The translations under genes and the position numbers were made by a program. DNA of 64,000 nt from Octopus bimaculoides (lineage: Eukaryota): assembly GCF_001194135.2 (NCBI RefSeq), contig NC_068982.1, positions 21,410,530 to 21,474,529 of the forward strand. Reading direction: 5' to 3'. This document shows positions 37,740 to 52,136 of the stretch, in pieces (position 1 is the first letter of the stretch; the number at the start of each line of letters is the position of its first letter). The notes below the pieces were generated by a model that did no database searches, was not told the origin of the DNA, and saw nothing but the letters and a program-made list of their open reading frames with translations.

Positions 37740-39855
37740 GTGAGTAAAAGTGCACTTAAAGACATTTCAGACATTGTCGATTTGCTTCCAGTTTCCATAT
37801 ATATATATATATATTTGTGTGCGTGTGTGTGTGTGTCAAAAGTACATATGAAATTATTATTTTTTTATTTGGAAGTGTTTAACAACACACGTGAAACTCT
37901 CATAAGAGGAGATACTAAACGTGTGTGTGTGTGTTGGTGTGAAAACGATCAGGCTGTTTTCGTCCGTCACTGATATATCTAAGAAAGTTTTTTTTTCGTC
38001 CCTCTAGTCCATACGAGCGGACATCTGAAGCTAAATAACTCATTATTCTCTGTTCTAACACAACATTCACATTAAGTGGGAGATAAGGGTTGACTTGTGG
38101 CATTAATACTGCTTCTGTCGTGATTAATGTTATATAAATATGCTCACTGGCTAATTGCGATATCATTGTCTATTCAGACACTGAACATCTATATATCGTT
38201 GACAGAGAGAATGGGCTGCCACCGAGGAGTCCAACCAGGGTGAAATCACATGATCTAATAGTTTTAGCGCCTGTAGCAGTAGGTTGTTGTCTGTTAACGA
38301 TATACATACCAATGCACCATGAGTCCGTATAGGAGCTCCATCCAAGATAACAACGCGGTATTGTGTTCTAACATTTCATTCACATTAAGCTGGAGATAAA
38401 GATTACCATGTGGAATTTATAGAGATTCTGTCACTATTAGTTATTTTTTGTATATATTTATGCTTTTATTTGTGCCTACGTGCCGATAGTTACAGCTAAT
38501 TAGCCACCGACCAGTGCATGCGGTCAAATTCAATTGGTCCGTTCTAGACATGTAAATGTAGAAGCGTATAGATGATCCAGTTAGCATACTGAATGTGTGA
38601 TTTAAGAATAGACCGACCACACCATAATGGGAAATAGTACCGACTTCCGTAAGAAGATACATTATATAATGCATCATTTAATTAATTAAATAATAAGCTG
38701 AAAGTGTATGTAAGTTATAATGGGTTCAACCTATCGCTATGACCCTCAACATTAAAATCATACAAACAAATTTATTTAAAACGTAAAACATGAAGCAAAA
38801 AAGAAGCGTGACAGTGTTTAGCTGAAGCAGGAGCGTTAAAATATGAGAGTATTCTATTCGCTTGCAATACAATAGATTCATTTATAACAACTATTCAATA
38901 AGGCACCCAAACATTTCATTAACAGCAAGCAGTCTTCGATTCTTGGAAACATTTCCCAAGGATGTCATATTTACATCCGTTGCCTATCTACATGTATATA
39001 TGAATACACACATATATTTACACACACCTAAAGATATTTATACGTGTGTGTGTGTGTGTGTGTGTGTATAATTATATGTCTGTATTCATCTATATGCACA
39101 TAGGCAACATATATACACATACATACATATATATTATTTCTGTGGATAGTGCTTGAGGATAGTTCAAATATCGAAATATACATAATTCGAAGTTATTCAT
39201 AGTTTTTTAGTGTCTCCTATAATGAAAGGCAAAATTACATACGTTCTGAGAGCGATAATCAAAACATAGACTCCATAAATACAGACAATAAAATATTAAG
39301 CTTCAGTTTCCATAATGTCAATGTGAAGTAATATTAGAAATACAGGCAATACATTGGAATTCCATTTAAATACATATTAGTTTGATGCAAAAATTAGTAG
39401 ATTGTTAGAAGCTATTTGAAGTTAGCTTATATACTAAAATGGATCAACTTCATGCAAGCTACCGTGATTTGAAAACGAAATGGTCTATTATGTTTCCACA
39501 TCGTATCAGCCACGAGAAATGTTGTACTATGCTTCAAACCACCATACCAGCTTAAAAATAAAGACTCGGTAAGTCAGGTCTTAATCTAACGCGATTTGTT
39601 GGATTTGCAACTTTATGTATTTATTGCCATTGTTTTTATTTTTGTTTTTGTTTTTGATTTCATTTAATCCAGGTTTTCTGGAATTCAGTTGGATATATTA
39701 CGCAATGTTTAAAGATACAGCACTAAATTTGGAATTAATAGCCGGACATAAGTATCTATCTGCCGATCTCATTATTCTCTCTCTCTCTCTCTCTTTACGC
39801 CCACACACACACACACACACAGATACACATACATACACACGCACACTCGTTTATA

Positions 39856-40288
39856 TATCTTTTATCTCTTATCTTTCACTTGTTTCACTCATGACACTGC
39901 AGCCATGCTGGCGCACGGCCTTCACAGAGTTTTAGTCGAATGAATCAACCCTAAGACTTATTTTTAAATCCTGGTACTTATTCTATCGGATGCTTTTGCC
40001 GAACCACCTAGTTACGGGAACGTAAACAAAGTAACATCGCTTTTCACAGACAGACACCAGACACACAGACAGACACCAGACACGCAGACAGACACACAGA
40101 CAGACAAACAGACAGACAGAAACAGACACACACATGTGATGAGTTTCTTCCAGTTCCTGTCTACTAAATCCACTTACAATGTTTTAGTCGGCAAGGGACT
40201 ATAGTAGAAGATACATGCTCACGGTGCCACGCGGTATGGCACTGAATGCAGAACCATATGGTTAGGAAGCACACTTCTTACCGCACAA
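39856..40288 (-). mobile_element. SINE family A, full length, with internal (ACAG)n
   Basis: cttgtttcactcatgacactgcagccatgctgg...ttttgccgaacc...ctatagtagaagatac...ccatatggttaggaagcacacttcttaccgcac. Confidence 0.88.
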
Positions 40289-41231
40289 TTGTATTCATAT
40301 GTACAAGGTGTTTAAATGTGACGATTTGAAATAAAAGAAAAGCAAACACAATATTCCAGAAAAAATTCAGGTATTTTAAGAAATAAAGAATTGTCAATGA
40401 GATGATGACTGGGGGATAACACTTTACTCAAATAATCCTTTCATTCTCAGCTTCCATCAGGATCTCAAGACAGCGCAGGAACCTGGTATATACTTCCTCA
40501 CTGTGTCTCTGGGAGGATCTCCGAATTCCTACTTGGAGTTAAGTACCAGCTCGGGTGTGTTGCTGCAGTCAGAGCGATTGGTATTTTTCTCGATCACATC
40601 CTACATATAGTAGTCCGTGTGATTTTAATTATATGAATTAGGAGGCAAAAAAATATTGGGTCTAATGCATACCTAGGTATTTTCCCACAATCACTTCTGG
40701 CACTTTCTGGAAGTATTGCACATAGCCGAATTTTGCTGCCACACAATATGGCCTACCAGCAATATGGCCTGCCTGTGTGTGTTTATATACATGTTTATGT
40801 TTTATCTTTTTTTCTAATGGGTTTTATATATTCCTTTAACTACTAACATACTCTTACAGTTTATCCCGTTTACTACTTTGTTATTCATTCTCCCCTGTAT
40901 TTTTCCCTTTTTTCTTTTTCTTTTTCCTTTTCTAAATACTTATAAATTACCTCACCATGTGTCTGACTTCAGATATTGTATCTCTGTAACAGAATGCAAT
41001 AAAGTGTTCCCTGAATGATCCATCGCTGTTAGTCATCCAGATGCACCTGGATCCAGTGCTGAGTTCCAAATAAATTCAATGTTGAATCGTACTTAGGAAC
41101 TATTAATTTCTACTCCTGTTTATCTTAATAGCCCATAATACACACACACACACACAGACACACACACACACATACACACACACATACACACATACATACA
41201 CACATACATACACACACACAAATGCATACTC

Positions 41232-41544
41232 ACATATGAACTAGAACTCGACTCCGTTGCTCACGAATGACCATGCGTGCACCTAAGAGATTCCCCTCGG
41301 GGATGCAAGTCTGGGCGAAGACCAGCAGTCGTCCGTGCATACCGGCCACCGATGTTATCCAAGGCAAATGCAAACGCCGATACAGCTGGGCACCAGTGAC
41401 GTCACAATTCATTTCTACAGCCGAGTGAACTGGATCAACGGGAAATAAAGTGTCTTGCTCAAGAACACAATACACAGCCTCGTCCTGGAATTGAACTCAC
41501 GATCATAAAATCGACGCTCTAACCACTGAGCCATGCGCCTTCAC
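41232..41544 (-). mobile_element. tRNA-derived SINE, family C
   Basis: Minus strand: gtgaaggcgcatggctcagtggttagagcg (A-box) ... gtgagttcaattccagg (B-box), then tgtgttcttgagcaagacacttt...ccagttcactcggctgtagaaatg. The central domain resembles conserved CORE/Meta/V-type SINE domains; exact superfamily not determined. Confidence 0.85.
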
Positions 41545-41565
41545 TTATTCACACACACAAACATT

Positions 41566-41597
<32 letters not shown>

Positions 41598-44184
41598 AAC
41601 ATACACACACACACACAAACATACACATACACATAGCAAAAATAGTAAANNNNNNNNNNNNNNNNNNNNNNNNNNNNNNNNNNNNNNNNNNNNNNNNNNN
41701 NNNNNNNNNNNNNNNNNNNNNNNNNNNATATATATTCACACATCCGCTCGCACGTACGTTGCAAGTCAACTTGTGACCGGGCACGACCGCGCACTCACTC
41801 GGTAAGCTCGTGCACGCGTTCCGATAGTTCAAGTTTTGCTGTACGCGAATCTGTTTTAAGTGAGTAAAATATTGCACATCACTTACCCCACTTATCTCAG
41901 TAATCAGTTATAAAACCAGCGGCACAACAGAGGTGAGACAACCAGTAACTAACAGCCCTTCAGTTTTTATTATATACGAATTCACCTTCTCCTAGATGGA
42001 AGTTCTAAAAAGGGCTACTGTTATTTCAATGCCTGCTATTTCAGAAGATGTAAAAGGCACATCGTTCTGCCACCTACAGAGTTTGAAAAACTGTTAAATA
42101 TGATCTAAAACAAGTGATATATCAACTAATCTCTTAAAGTTTGAACGAAGCAACGAAACAAGTTTCTATTTTTTTTTTCTCATAAACCACTAGTTATTCT
42201 GCAACTATAATTATCTATACAGATTATACTGATAATATAACTGATAATTGTAATGCTATCATAGAAGCTCAACTAGTACATCACCGATTTGAGGAGTTGG
42301 CAAAACAGATCGGATTACACATAAATGGCGATAACACTGAGTTTAATGTTTTTAATCAGCCAAAACAACACATTAATGAATAAATGGTGCGAATTTGTAA
42401 AGTGCACTTGACAGATAAATCAGAAGTAATAATTGATTTGGCACATATTTAGTAATGTACACGTTGTCCGCAATAAGGGTAGCAACTTTTTGTAATGACC
42501 TCTATATATGATTTGCGGTGTAAACCTAGAGAGAATAGTGACATATGGAATTGAATGCTGGATTGTTTCGAAAGCAGATTAAAAAGTATGAATTAAGAAC
42601 TTATTTGAAGAATGCTTTTTTAAGAACAGCGTTTACAGAAAAAGTGAAAAATGGAAATAAACCAATATTAACAGAAACCATCAAACAAGGCAGACCTAAA
42701 TGTGTGGGCGAGAGTTTAAAAAGGAATGACGCAGTTGCAACTAAACTGCAACAAAGAAGAATTGTAATAGACGAAGGAGCGAGGCATTGTTGAACTTATG
42801 CACAAAAAAGTGCATGTAAAATGGCGGTATCTAATATTGTTTGTTGTTGAGAAATCTCGCTTTTCGTAAACGATGTTAGAAGATACATTGCTTTGATGCC
42901 TCCGACTGGCAGATCGGTGAATAAGTTTCTAACATCTTGAGCATCCTCAGTAGCTCGTACCGTAACAGAAAGAACCATAGAAGGAGCCTTGAAGCCTTCG
43001 CTTCCTTATAGTAAATAAGCAACAAAACATGGATTAAGTGCAACGCCAGCCAGAGTAGATTAGAATGCTGTTGTAGACCAGTGAAATAGTACAGAATGGC
43101 AGATGTTTCCCAAAATTATTTCAACAGATCAAAATTCACAACAGCGCTTTCACGTGTCTGCTATAATATTTTCTTCTAGCCTACACCTCTGCCACACGTA
43201 ACCAGTTCATGTTTAGATACTATAAAGAGGAGAAGGAGTCCAGAGTCATTTCAAGGGTGTTACACCCCATACAGTACACGGTACTGATCAAAGACGGATA
43301 TCTAGAAATGCATTCACCGCTTTACAAAATGACGCCTTGAAATGACGATGTCTATTAATACCTAAGGCAAATAGCAGTAAGTCCGAAATTTGTACTGGTC
43401 AAAACTGTCCCAAACTACTTCGCAACATTCTGCCCCCCCCCCNNNNNNNNNNNNNNNNNNNNNNNNNNNCCCCCCCGAATACTAGTTTGTTTTGATCAAA
43501 TATTAGTTTCGTACCGTTTTTAGATTGGAATACTTGGAAATATTTTTTAATCGTTATATACATGGATTGATTTCTACACGCTGAAGATAAAGTAGTGACA
43601 AGCACCTTAGCTTCCTTCTGAATATTAAACGTATTATGATACTATTTGCTCGTTTTCACAACATGGAATATTTGGATGGTTTTCATGTTTTGTAAGCGAC
43701 TTTAATTTTTGTCATTGTTATAGGTTTAGAAAGCTATCCAAGCACCTTGATATGGGCGTTCATGATAACTGCAAAAATCTGTAGCTTTATAATGCAACGT
43801 CGTTTTACCTAAACTGTCTTAGAAACCCAGGCCGAATTAAGCACTAATCAAATTGTTCTAACTTTCCTGATTCTCAGAAAATGTTGTGTTAGACTTCCGC
43901 TCATAACATTCTGACTTCCGACGTCTCTTCAGAAGCATTGTAATTGGCAAGTTAGATCATGTCAGCAGACCGGTATGATAGCAATTTGAAAAGAAAAAGA
44001 ATCTAAGTAAACATTCTTTTTTTTTTTTATAGATTTTGGTTGTTATTAAGGTGAGGACCGTGGTGTCATTAATAACGCATAGGATGTGGTAGTACCGGTG
44101 CTGTCATTTTTCAGCTCTCACATTTTTTTGTGATGTGGTGGATGTTTGGATTCTGCAAATAAATTCAAAAGAAGTCCAAGTACC

Positions 44185-44984
44185 AGGAGTAGCTATGTGG
44201 TAAGTAGCTTGCTTACCAACAACATAGTTCCGGGTNNNNNNNNNNNNNNNNNNNNNNNNNNNNNNNNNNNNNNNNNNNNNNNNNNNNNNNNNNNNNNNNN
44301 NNNNNNNNNNNNNNNNNNNNNNNNNNNNNNNNNNNNNNNNNNNNNNNNNNNNNNNNNNNNNNNNNNNNNNNNNNNNNNNNNNNNNNNNNNNNNNNNNNNN
44401 NNNNNNNNNNNNNNNNNNNNNNNNNNNNNNNNNNNNNNNNNNNNNNNNNNNNNNNNNNNNNNNNNNNNNNNNNNNNNNNNNNNNNNNNNNNNNNNNNNNN
44501 NNNNNNNNNNNNNNNNNNNNNNNNNNNNNNNNNNNNNNNNNNNNNNNNNNNNNNNNNNNNNNNNNNNNNNNNNNNNNNNNNNNNNNNNNNNNNNNNNNNN
44601 NNNNNNNNNNNNNNNNNNNNNNNNNNNNNNNNNNNNNNNNNNNNNNNNNNNNNNNNNNNNNNNNNNNNNNNNNNNNNNNNNNNNNNNNNNNNNNNNNNNN
44701 NNNNNNNNNNNNNNNNNNNNNNNNNNNNNNNNNNNNNNNNNNNNNNNNNNNNNNNNNNNNNNNNNNNNNNNNNNNNNNNNNNNNNNNNNNNNNNNNNNNN
44801 NNNNNNNNNNNNNNNNNNNNNNNNNNNNNNNNNNNNNNNNNNNNNNNNNNNNNNNNNNNNNNNNNNNNNNNNNNNNNNNNNNNNNNNNNNNNNNNNNNNN
44901 NNNNNNNNNNNNNNNNNNNNNNNNNNNNNNNNNGCTCCAGCATGGCCGCAGTCAAATGACTGAAACAAGTAAAAGAGTAAAAGA
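44185..44984 (+). mobile_element. SINE family A, young copy spanning an assembly gap
   Basis: Head aggagtagctatgtggtaagtagcttgcttaccaac lies left of the gap and tail gctccagcatggccgcagtcaaatgactgaaacaagtaaaagagtaaaagag right of it. Confidence 0.88.
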
Positions 44985-45565
44985 GGCCTACACAATATAA
45001 AATGCAAGACCACACACGATAATCTACCACTTCAAAAAACAATCTTACAAAAATACATACATCCAATATGTATAGACGTTGATAAACAATGATAAATATT
45101 GACTGACCAGCAAAAGATTCTAAGAACAATTAGCACAAGCTAACACGTAGTCATTGATAAGTTTACTGGTCCAGAGGAATTACTGTGACAAACCTATTAA
45201 ATTAATTATCTAATTCATAACTCATAAAACTGAATTGCAATTTAATCAGCTTATCTATTATAACGGAAACATAAATTACGATCTTATTTGACTCAAACAA
45301 AAACTAACACACACACAAACATATGTGTTTTTATGTGTATATGCTCAGAATTTTTGAAACGTGGAACAAACAACCCGCATCAGTCGTTAGCTGTCGAGAC
45401 ATTATATGCTTCAAAACGTCCACGCTTCCTGAAATCCACCAACAGAATACCTGATGTTTATTTTTTCAGAAATCTGGATGTTTGTACATTTACAGATTTT
45501 TATTAACGCCACATGTTTTATAAATTAAGTAAAGCGCTTTTCACCTAATCGTGTAGGATTTTCAC

Positions 45566-45597
<32 letters not shown>

Positions 45598-47706
45598 NNN
45601 NNNNNNNNNNNNNNNNNNNNNNNNNNNNNNNNNNNNNNNNNNNNNNNNNNNNNNNNNNNNNNNNNNNNNNNATATACATATACATACATGTCTGTATGTC
45701 TAAAGATTATATATACATGTATGCATATACATATACATGCATATATATTTATATGTACATGCATTTATTTATAAAGAGATAGAGTGGGAGAGAGACATAT
45801 ACACAAAATCATATATATAGATATACAGACACACACTTGCACATACACACATTTGTATGTATATGTCTGTGTATTAGTGTGGTGGATACTGCGAACTTAC
45901 AGAATATCTGAGGAAGTTTACTTATTTTTCATTTAATATTTTAAATTAAATTTGAATGCATGTCTTTCTAGAGTGGTAATTTATTAAAACAACACTTACA
46001 GCACAGATTCCAATAGCTCAAACCAGCAAATCAGCAACGCTGAATACACACGAATCGCACAAAATAAACGAAGGGACGCACAGATGTAGTAGATGAGACA
46101 ATACAGAAGGCTGTGCTCAATACACCATGACATGCCATAGATATAATTCTTAGAACAAAGTAATATAAAAGAAAAAAAAAGTGTTAGAATGGATGAATAG
46201 ATAGTGATACGTTCTGTATATCTTGTGTGTTTTTTTTTTTTTTCAAATCACAAAATGTTGACTTTCATCTCTACATGATCGATAAAAATGTACTAGTGAG
46301 TATAAAACCTGAAGGACTTAACCCAAGCATGTCCAGAAGCCAATAGTTAAATACAGTAACAGGCACGAACCAGATACAAATACACACACACATTCACATG
46401 ATGCACAAGAATACATACATATCTGTGCGTTGTCTGTATGTGTGGTGGATAAGCTGAAAGAAAGAATCCGATAAGCAAAGTAGAGCAAGTTCTACATTTC
46501 TTTATTATTTAGCTGTCAATCTGTATAAGCAACTCAGAAGCCTACTGTTGCGTGCATTACGAATACAAAAAGCGAAATGATGAAATGTTACACAAGAATT
46601 CCATTCAGCTTTCCACCATAGATGCGAAATGTAAGTGTGGTGTTTCTGATAAACAAGTCAGTCAGGTAAAAGTTTTTAATATGCCTCCCTTAATAAACAG
46701 TAATGCCGTTTCTTACAATACAATAATAAAAGTATGAAGGGACATCTAAAAACGAAACTAAAATATATAGAGAGAAAGAAGTTTCCTCTCTTTATACATT
46801 TTTCACCTCTGAAGGATGAAGAAAACTATCAATAAAATTGTTTCCATAGCATTGATTCCCAGATGTCAAAAATGTAAGAAATACACATTGTCATCTCCCA
46901 TCATACCAAGGATTTTTACTCAAACAATCTGCACACAACTTGCCGGTTACGTGATTACGATATTATAAAGTGCAGGTTATGGAACACAATTACTATTCTG
47001 ATTGGTTTAAGAGAAACTATGAATGACTCAGAGCAGGGAACTTCATGAGCCGATATCAAGTCAATATTTTATTGGAAAATATGAAGTAACTTTAAATTGT
47101 TAACCAATTACTGAAACATTTTTAACTTGTATATCAATATTTATAAAATATGTTTTCGCTCAATTCAATTTAGTGTGTCTAATACGTTACTATTTCCAAG
47201 AGACACACTATCGTTTAAACGAAGGTAAGGAGTTATCCATTACATCGGTATATTGCAAAGCATGTCTAATATAAGTAGTGACACCTACTTGGAATACGTA
47301 CTTAAGAATACTTAACTATGTATTTTTGTAGTTATTTGATTGTAGATTGTTAAATAAAATATTTTGAAATGGTTTGAGTGCAAACGTATATTCTGACGTA
47401 CGTAATCATGAAATGATTTTATATTGTAATAATATATTTCTAGATATGATATGGTATATTTGAATAAGTAATGAGAAATTTTGAAATGATTTCATTGTGA
47501 TAATCTACATTTAAACAGGTATTGTAGTGAAAGCCGGTTCCAGTGAAGAGCAGCATTACTGCAATGCCAGCCTGAAACTGGTCTTGCAAGTCTCAGATGG
47601 TTCTGATTCCTGTCTGAGATGGGATGGCAGAGCATCAAATTAAGACCATTCTGCAGCTGTGTCCTGCTGAGCTATCAATCATTGAAACGACGAGAGAATG
47701 TCCTAT

Positions 47707-47779
<73 letters not shown>

Positions 47780-49089
47780 NNNNNNNNNNNNNNNNNNNNN
47801 NNNNNNNNNNNNNNNNNNNNNNNNNNNNNNNNNNNNNNNNNNNNNNNNNNNNNNNNNNNNNNNNNNNNNNNNNNNNNNNNNNNNNNNNNNNNNNNNNNNN
47901 NNNNNNNNNNNNNNNNNNNNNNNNNNNNNNNNNNNNNNNNNNNNNNNNNNNNNNNNNNNNNNNNNNNNNNNNNNNNNNNNNNNNNNNNNNNNNNNNNNNN
48001 NNNNNNNNNNNNNNNNNNNNNNNNNNNNNNNNNNNNNNNNNNNNNNNNNNNNNNNNNNNNNNNNNNNNNNNNNNNNNNNNNNNNNNNNNNNNNNNNNNNN
48101 NNNNNNNNNNNNNNNNNNNNNNNNNNNNNNNNNNNNNNNNNNNNNNNNNNNNNNNNNNNNNNGAGTGAAAGAGATTTTGTACGAGATTAGAATGTTGCCA
48201 AATTAATATAACCTATTTTGCTATCTGTTCCATAGATTGCACTAGATTCCTATCTATATATTGATTTGTCCACTTCGTTTGTATTTATTAATTCTCACCC
48301 TGGCTTATGGAAAATATTGTATACTTTATCTCCTACAATTAATAAAACGATAGTATTTGAATCCGTCTCTCCATATATATGTGTGTGTGTGTATGTGTGT
48401 GTGTGCGTGTGTGTGTGTTTATATATCTGCTAACTACTTGCTTTTTCTGAGCTTCTAATAAAGAAGACCTGGTAGGCATTTGAATGAATATGTTTTATGG
48501 GTGTGTTTTTATAACGTGATGCAGGAGACATGAAAAAGTGTGAATGAAACTATCTGGAACGACTGGTAACTAAGTCAGGCATTTGCTCTTCGTTTGATAT
48601 GCATATTATCAACAATTTATGCGTGTGTGTGTGTATGTATGCATGTTTCTATGTATGTATGTATGCATGTATGTACGTATGTAAGTATGTATGTGTCCGT
48701 GCGTGTTTCTGTATGTGTACATACAAATATAAACTAATCATACACATGAAAGCGAATTTATATCCAGATGTAAACATTATCTCGAAGCAAACTCACATAC
48801 ACAATTCGATACGCACTCAAACCCCGCCATGCATATGCACACGTCTCTCTCTCTCTCTCTCTCTCTCTCTCTNNNNNNNNNNNNNNNNNNNNNNNNNNNN
48901 NNNNNNNNNNNNNNNNNNNNNNNNNNNNNNNNNNNNNNNNNNNNNNNNNNNNNNNNNNNNNNNNNNNNNNNNNNNNNNNNNNNNNNNNNNNNNNNNNNNN
49001 NNNNNNNNNNNNNNNNNNNNNNNNNNNNNNNNNNNNNNNNNNNNNNNNNNNNNNNNNNNNNNNNNNNNNNNNNNNNNNNNNNNNNNNNN

Positions 49090-49125
<36 letters not shown>

Positions 49126-49940
49126 GCATACATATATATATATGCATGTATGTATGCATATATATATGTATATGTATGCATATAAATATATACGCATACA
49201 CACACTCATCTATATGTACATATGTGTGTTTCCGTGTGTACATATGTATACAAGTTTATGAGTAGTCATTTACAAATACTTACATTTAGCAGTTTACGTG
49301 TGTGTGTGTGTTTGTCTGCATGTGTCTGTGTGTTCGTAACTAAATACAAGCCGGACTCTTATATCCGTCTTTACCGTATATTTGCGTCCAACTATGTTAC
49401 TAGCTACCTACTTAATCGTCTATCAGTTATAATTGTAACCAAAACACACAAACATACACACGTAGATTAACATAGATACATACACATTTACACGCAATAC
49501 ACACGTGGATTAACACACATTCACACGCAACCAATCGCACAAACGCACGTTTATTCACCTACATATTCCTTCAATCTTTCTACAATTATATATACTTGTA
49601 TTAGTGTTACTAGTGGCTTTTTTTTTTATTACAGTTAGTGATAAAAAATAACGTGTGTGTGTGTGTATGGGTGTTTGTGTGTGAACGCGTTTGTGTGTAC
49701 ATGTATACACATAATCTTCTATTTTCAGTGATAAGGAAATGAAAGATAAAAACACTACGGTATTTAGAAAGCTGGGTTAATATCTATACAAAGCTACATA
49801 CATATGTATTTAAAACGTGTGTCCTTAAACGTGTCTGTCTGTTATTAAGAATGTCTTAAACGTAATTTCGTGTAAGTATTTTACATTTCTTATTTTTCTA
49901 TATACAACGGCTTTCTAGATAATTCGGTTTTCTTTTCTAG

Positions 49941-49982
49941 GTGAAATATTTATGAATGTGTTCTTACGGCGTTTTGGTTTAG
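49941..49982 (+). CDS. Candidate 42-nt symmetric (phase 1-1) exon
   Basis: ggttttcttttctag|GTGAAATA...GGTTTAG|gtaggt. Only phase 1 is open: (G)EIFMNVFLRRFGL(G). No family recognised. Confidence 0.25.
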
Positions 49983-51180
49983 GTAGGTAGGTTTCGTGTT
50001 TTACTTAAGAGTATATAGCATTTTTAATGTAATATATTTCGTATGTGGCTTGATTATTATGAACTCGAGAAAGAGAGTATTGGATGAGACTCTGAATGTG
50101 TAACAGAAGCTACACGTCTAGGAATTATAATCTACCTAACAAAATGTAAACAGTACTTATGTACATACATAGGTGCATATACACAGACACACACACACGC
50201 ATATATGTCTTAATATACATACACGCATACATAGATTGCACACACACACACACGCACACATATGAGGGGGTAGACAGATAGATATATATATAAATTTTGC
50301 CCGGCGTGATAAAGAATCTGCCAGGCCACCGCATTATGTATGCATATATATATATGTATATATATATATATATGTATATATATGAATGTATGTGTACATA
50401 AGTATATATTNNNNNNNNNNNNNNNNNNNNNNNNNNNNNNNNNNNNNNNNNNNNNNNNNNNNNNNNNNNNNNNNNNNNNNNNNNNNNNNNNNNNNNNNNN
50501 NNNNNNNNNNNNNATAAATAGCCAAGTGTCATCTACTATATACATATATACATATATAAATATACACACACACACACACACACCCACACACATATATATA
50601 TATATATACATATCTATGTGTATATATGTATGTGTGTATATGTATATATATATATATATGTATATATATGAATGTATGTGTACATAAGTATATATTATAT
50701 ATTTATACATATGTATGCGTATACATGTATGTGTTTTTATGTGTGTGTGTTTATTGGTGTGTGCTTGTGTGTGTGTGTGTGTGTTTGTTTGTGTGCGTCC
50801 GTCTTTGTAGGCGTTTGTGTGTGTGTGTGTGTCTTTGAGACCACTGTTTCAAAACTGAGCATGTTTTTACGCCATCCTAACCTGTCCGTTCGGTGAAAAG
50901 TCTGATAGAATACGTACGAAGCTCTTAAAATCTAAGTCCCGACGTCGATCCATTTGACTAAAACTCCTCAAGCCTAATGAGTGGAACAATTAAACTATAT
51001 AGATAAACAAACATACTCACATGCCTACAAAATACCTACATACATATGCATACATATACTCACATACATAATGCATACATCATTACATACATACATCATG
51101 CATACATACATACATATATACATACATGCATCCATCCATCCATACATGCATACATACATACATACATACGTACATACATA

Positions 51181-52136
51181 TCAACAAGTACTTGATGCAC
51201 AAAAGGATAGAGATGCAGGAAAAGCAGTAAAATGTAGCAACCGGTGCAGATTTTGTGGAGTTCACACTGAAAATATCACCCACATCATAAGCAGTTGTTC
51301 AAAAACGTCATTATGGGATTATCTATCGATTAGACATGATTTAGCTAGGACACTCTATGATGAAAGCCGTCGGAAGGATAATTTTGAAGACAAAGAAATA
51401 CGAATCCACATTATGGCAGAGGCCATAGCGACTCCTAACAAAATAGAATACTGGTGTAATGTACCAGTGAAGACCTGAATAAAATGTAAACACAATAAGC
51501 ACAACAGACCTGGTATGATTTGGGATGGGGAAGAGAAACTGTGCACAATTTTAGAAATTAGCTGGCCAGCGGATGTTACCATAAAGCTGGAGATCATTGA
51601 AAAAGAGAAAATCTATGCTGAAGTAATCTAGGCACAAGGCCCGGAATTCTTCGGGGATGGGGCCAGTCGATTGCATCGACTCCAGCACGCAACTGGTACT
51701 CAATTCATCGAGCTAGCTCGCCGCCTTCCTATGCTGAACTATTGAGAAATCTGCAGCTACTTTATCCATATTAGAACTTTAGGTTTATACCTGTAATTAC
51801 TGGGGCCCTGTGAGATGTAACACACTGCCTAAATGTCAATCTTTAGAAATTAGGCTTCTCAAAATCAGAAAAGATAAAGCTAGTTTGAAGACTACAGATC
51901 CAATTCTTGACTGGAACTGTAAAAGTCTGTAAGTCTTTCCAGAAGTCTAGCATTTTAGTATATATGAGCATGTCTAGATATACAACTATAACTATGAGAA
52001 TACATACATAAAACATACAAATTTGCATATATATAAAAAAAATACCCTGATGTTGATGTTCAAATTCCAATGAAGGCGAATTGGATCTAGGTTAGTAACC
52101 GGTTCTTTCTCTATTGTCAAGAAATCTTGAAATAAT
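51181..52136 (+). mobile_element. 5'-truncated R4/Dong-type non-LTR retrotransposon (zinc knuckle + restriction-like endonuclease, 3' UTR)
   Basis: CRFCGVHTENITHIISSC (CCHC), YLSIRHD, YWCNVPVKT*..HNRPGMIWDGEEKLCTILEISWPADV. After removing the nested SINE the same frame continues LLRNLQLLYPY*NFRFIPVITGAL...TGTVKVCKSF. Several in-frame stops show it is dead. Confidence 0.85.
51623..51728 (-). mobile_element. 106-bp mini family-B SINE nested in the LINE, 10-bp TSD
   Basis: TSD ctatgctgaa at 51613-51622 and 51729-51738. The minus strand reads head gaaggcggcgagct joined directly to the 3' half (aagtaccag-like ... ggccttgtgcctagattac). Confidence 0.88.

Noticed and set aside
40451-40580. Exon-like plus-strand frame (FHQDLKTAQEPGIYFLTVSLGGSP...) with a vague cadherin look
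   Set aside because: No real cadherin calcium-binding motifs. The minus strand (QVGI...YTRFLRCLEIL) could equally be a decayed RLE-LINE C-terminus, so it is unresolved and not called.
42545-42793. 82-aa Lys-rich ORF
   Set aside because: No recognisable domain or splice context; it may be a transposon relic but this is unsupported.
47519-47690. GC-richer frame GIVVKAGSSEEQHYCNASLKLVLQVSDG
   Set aside because: The opposite strand reads FDALPSHLRQ, resembling a LINE C-terminal (W/F)NALPxxLR motif, so it is more likely a repeat relic.
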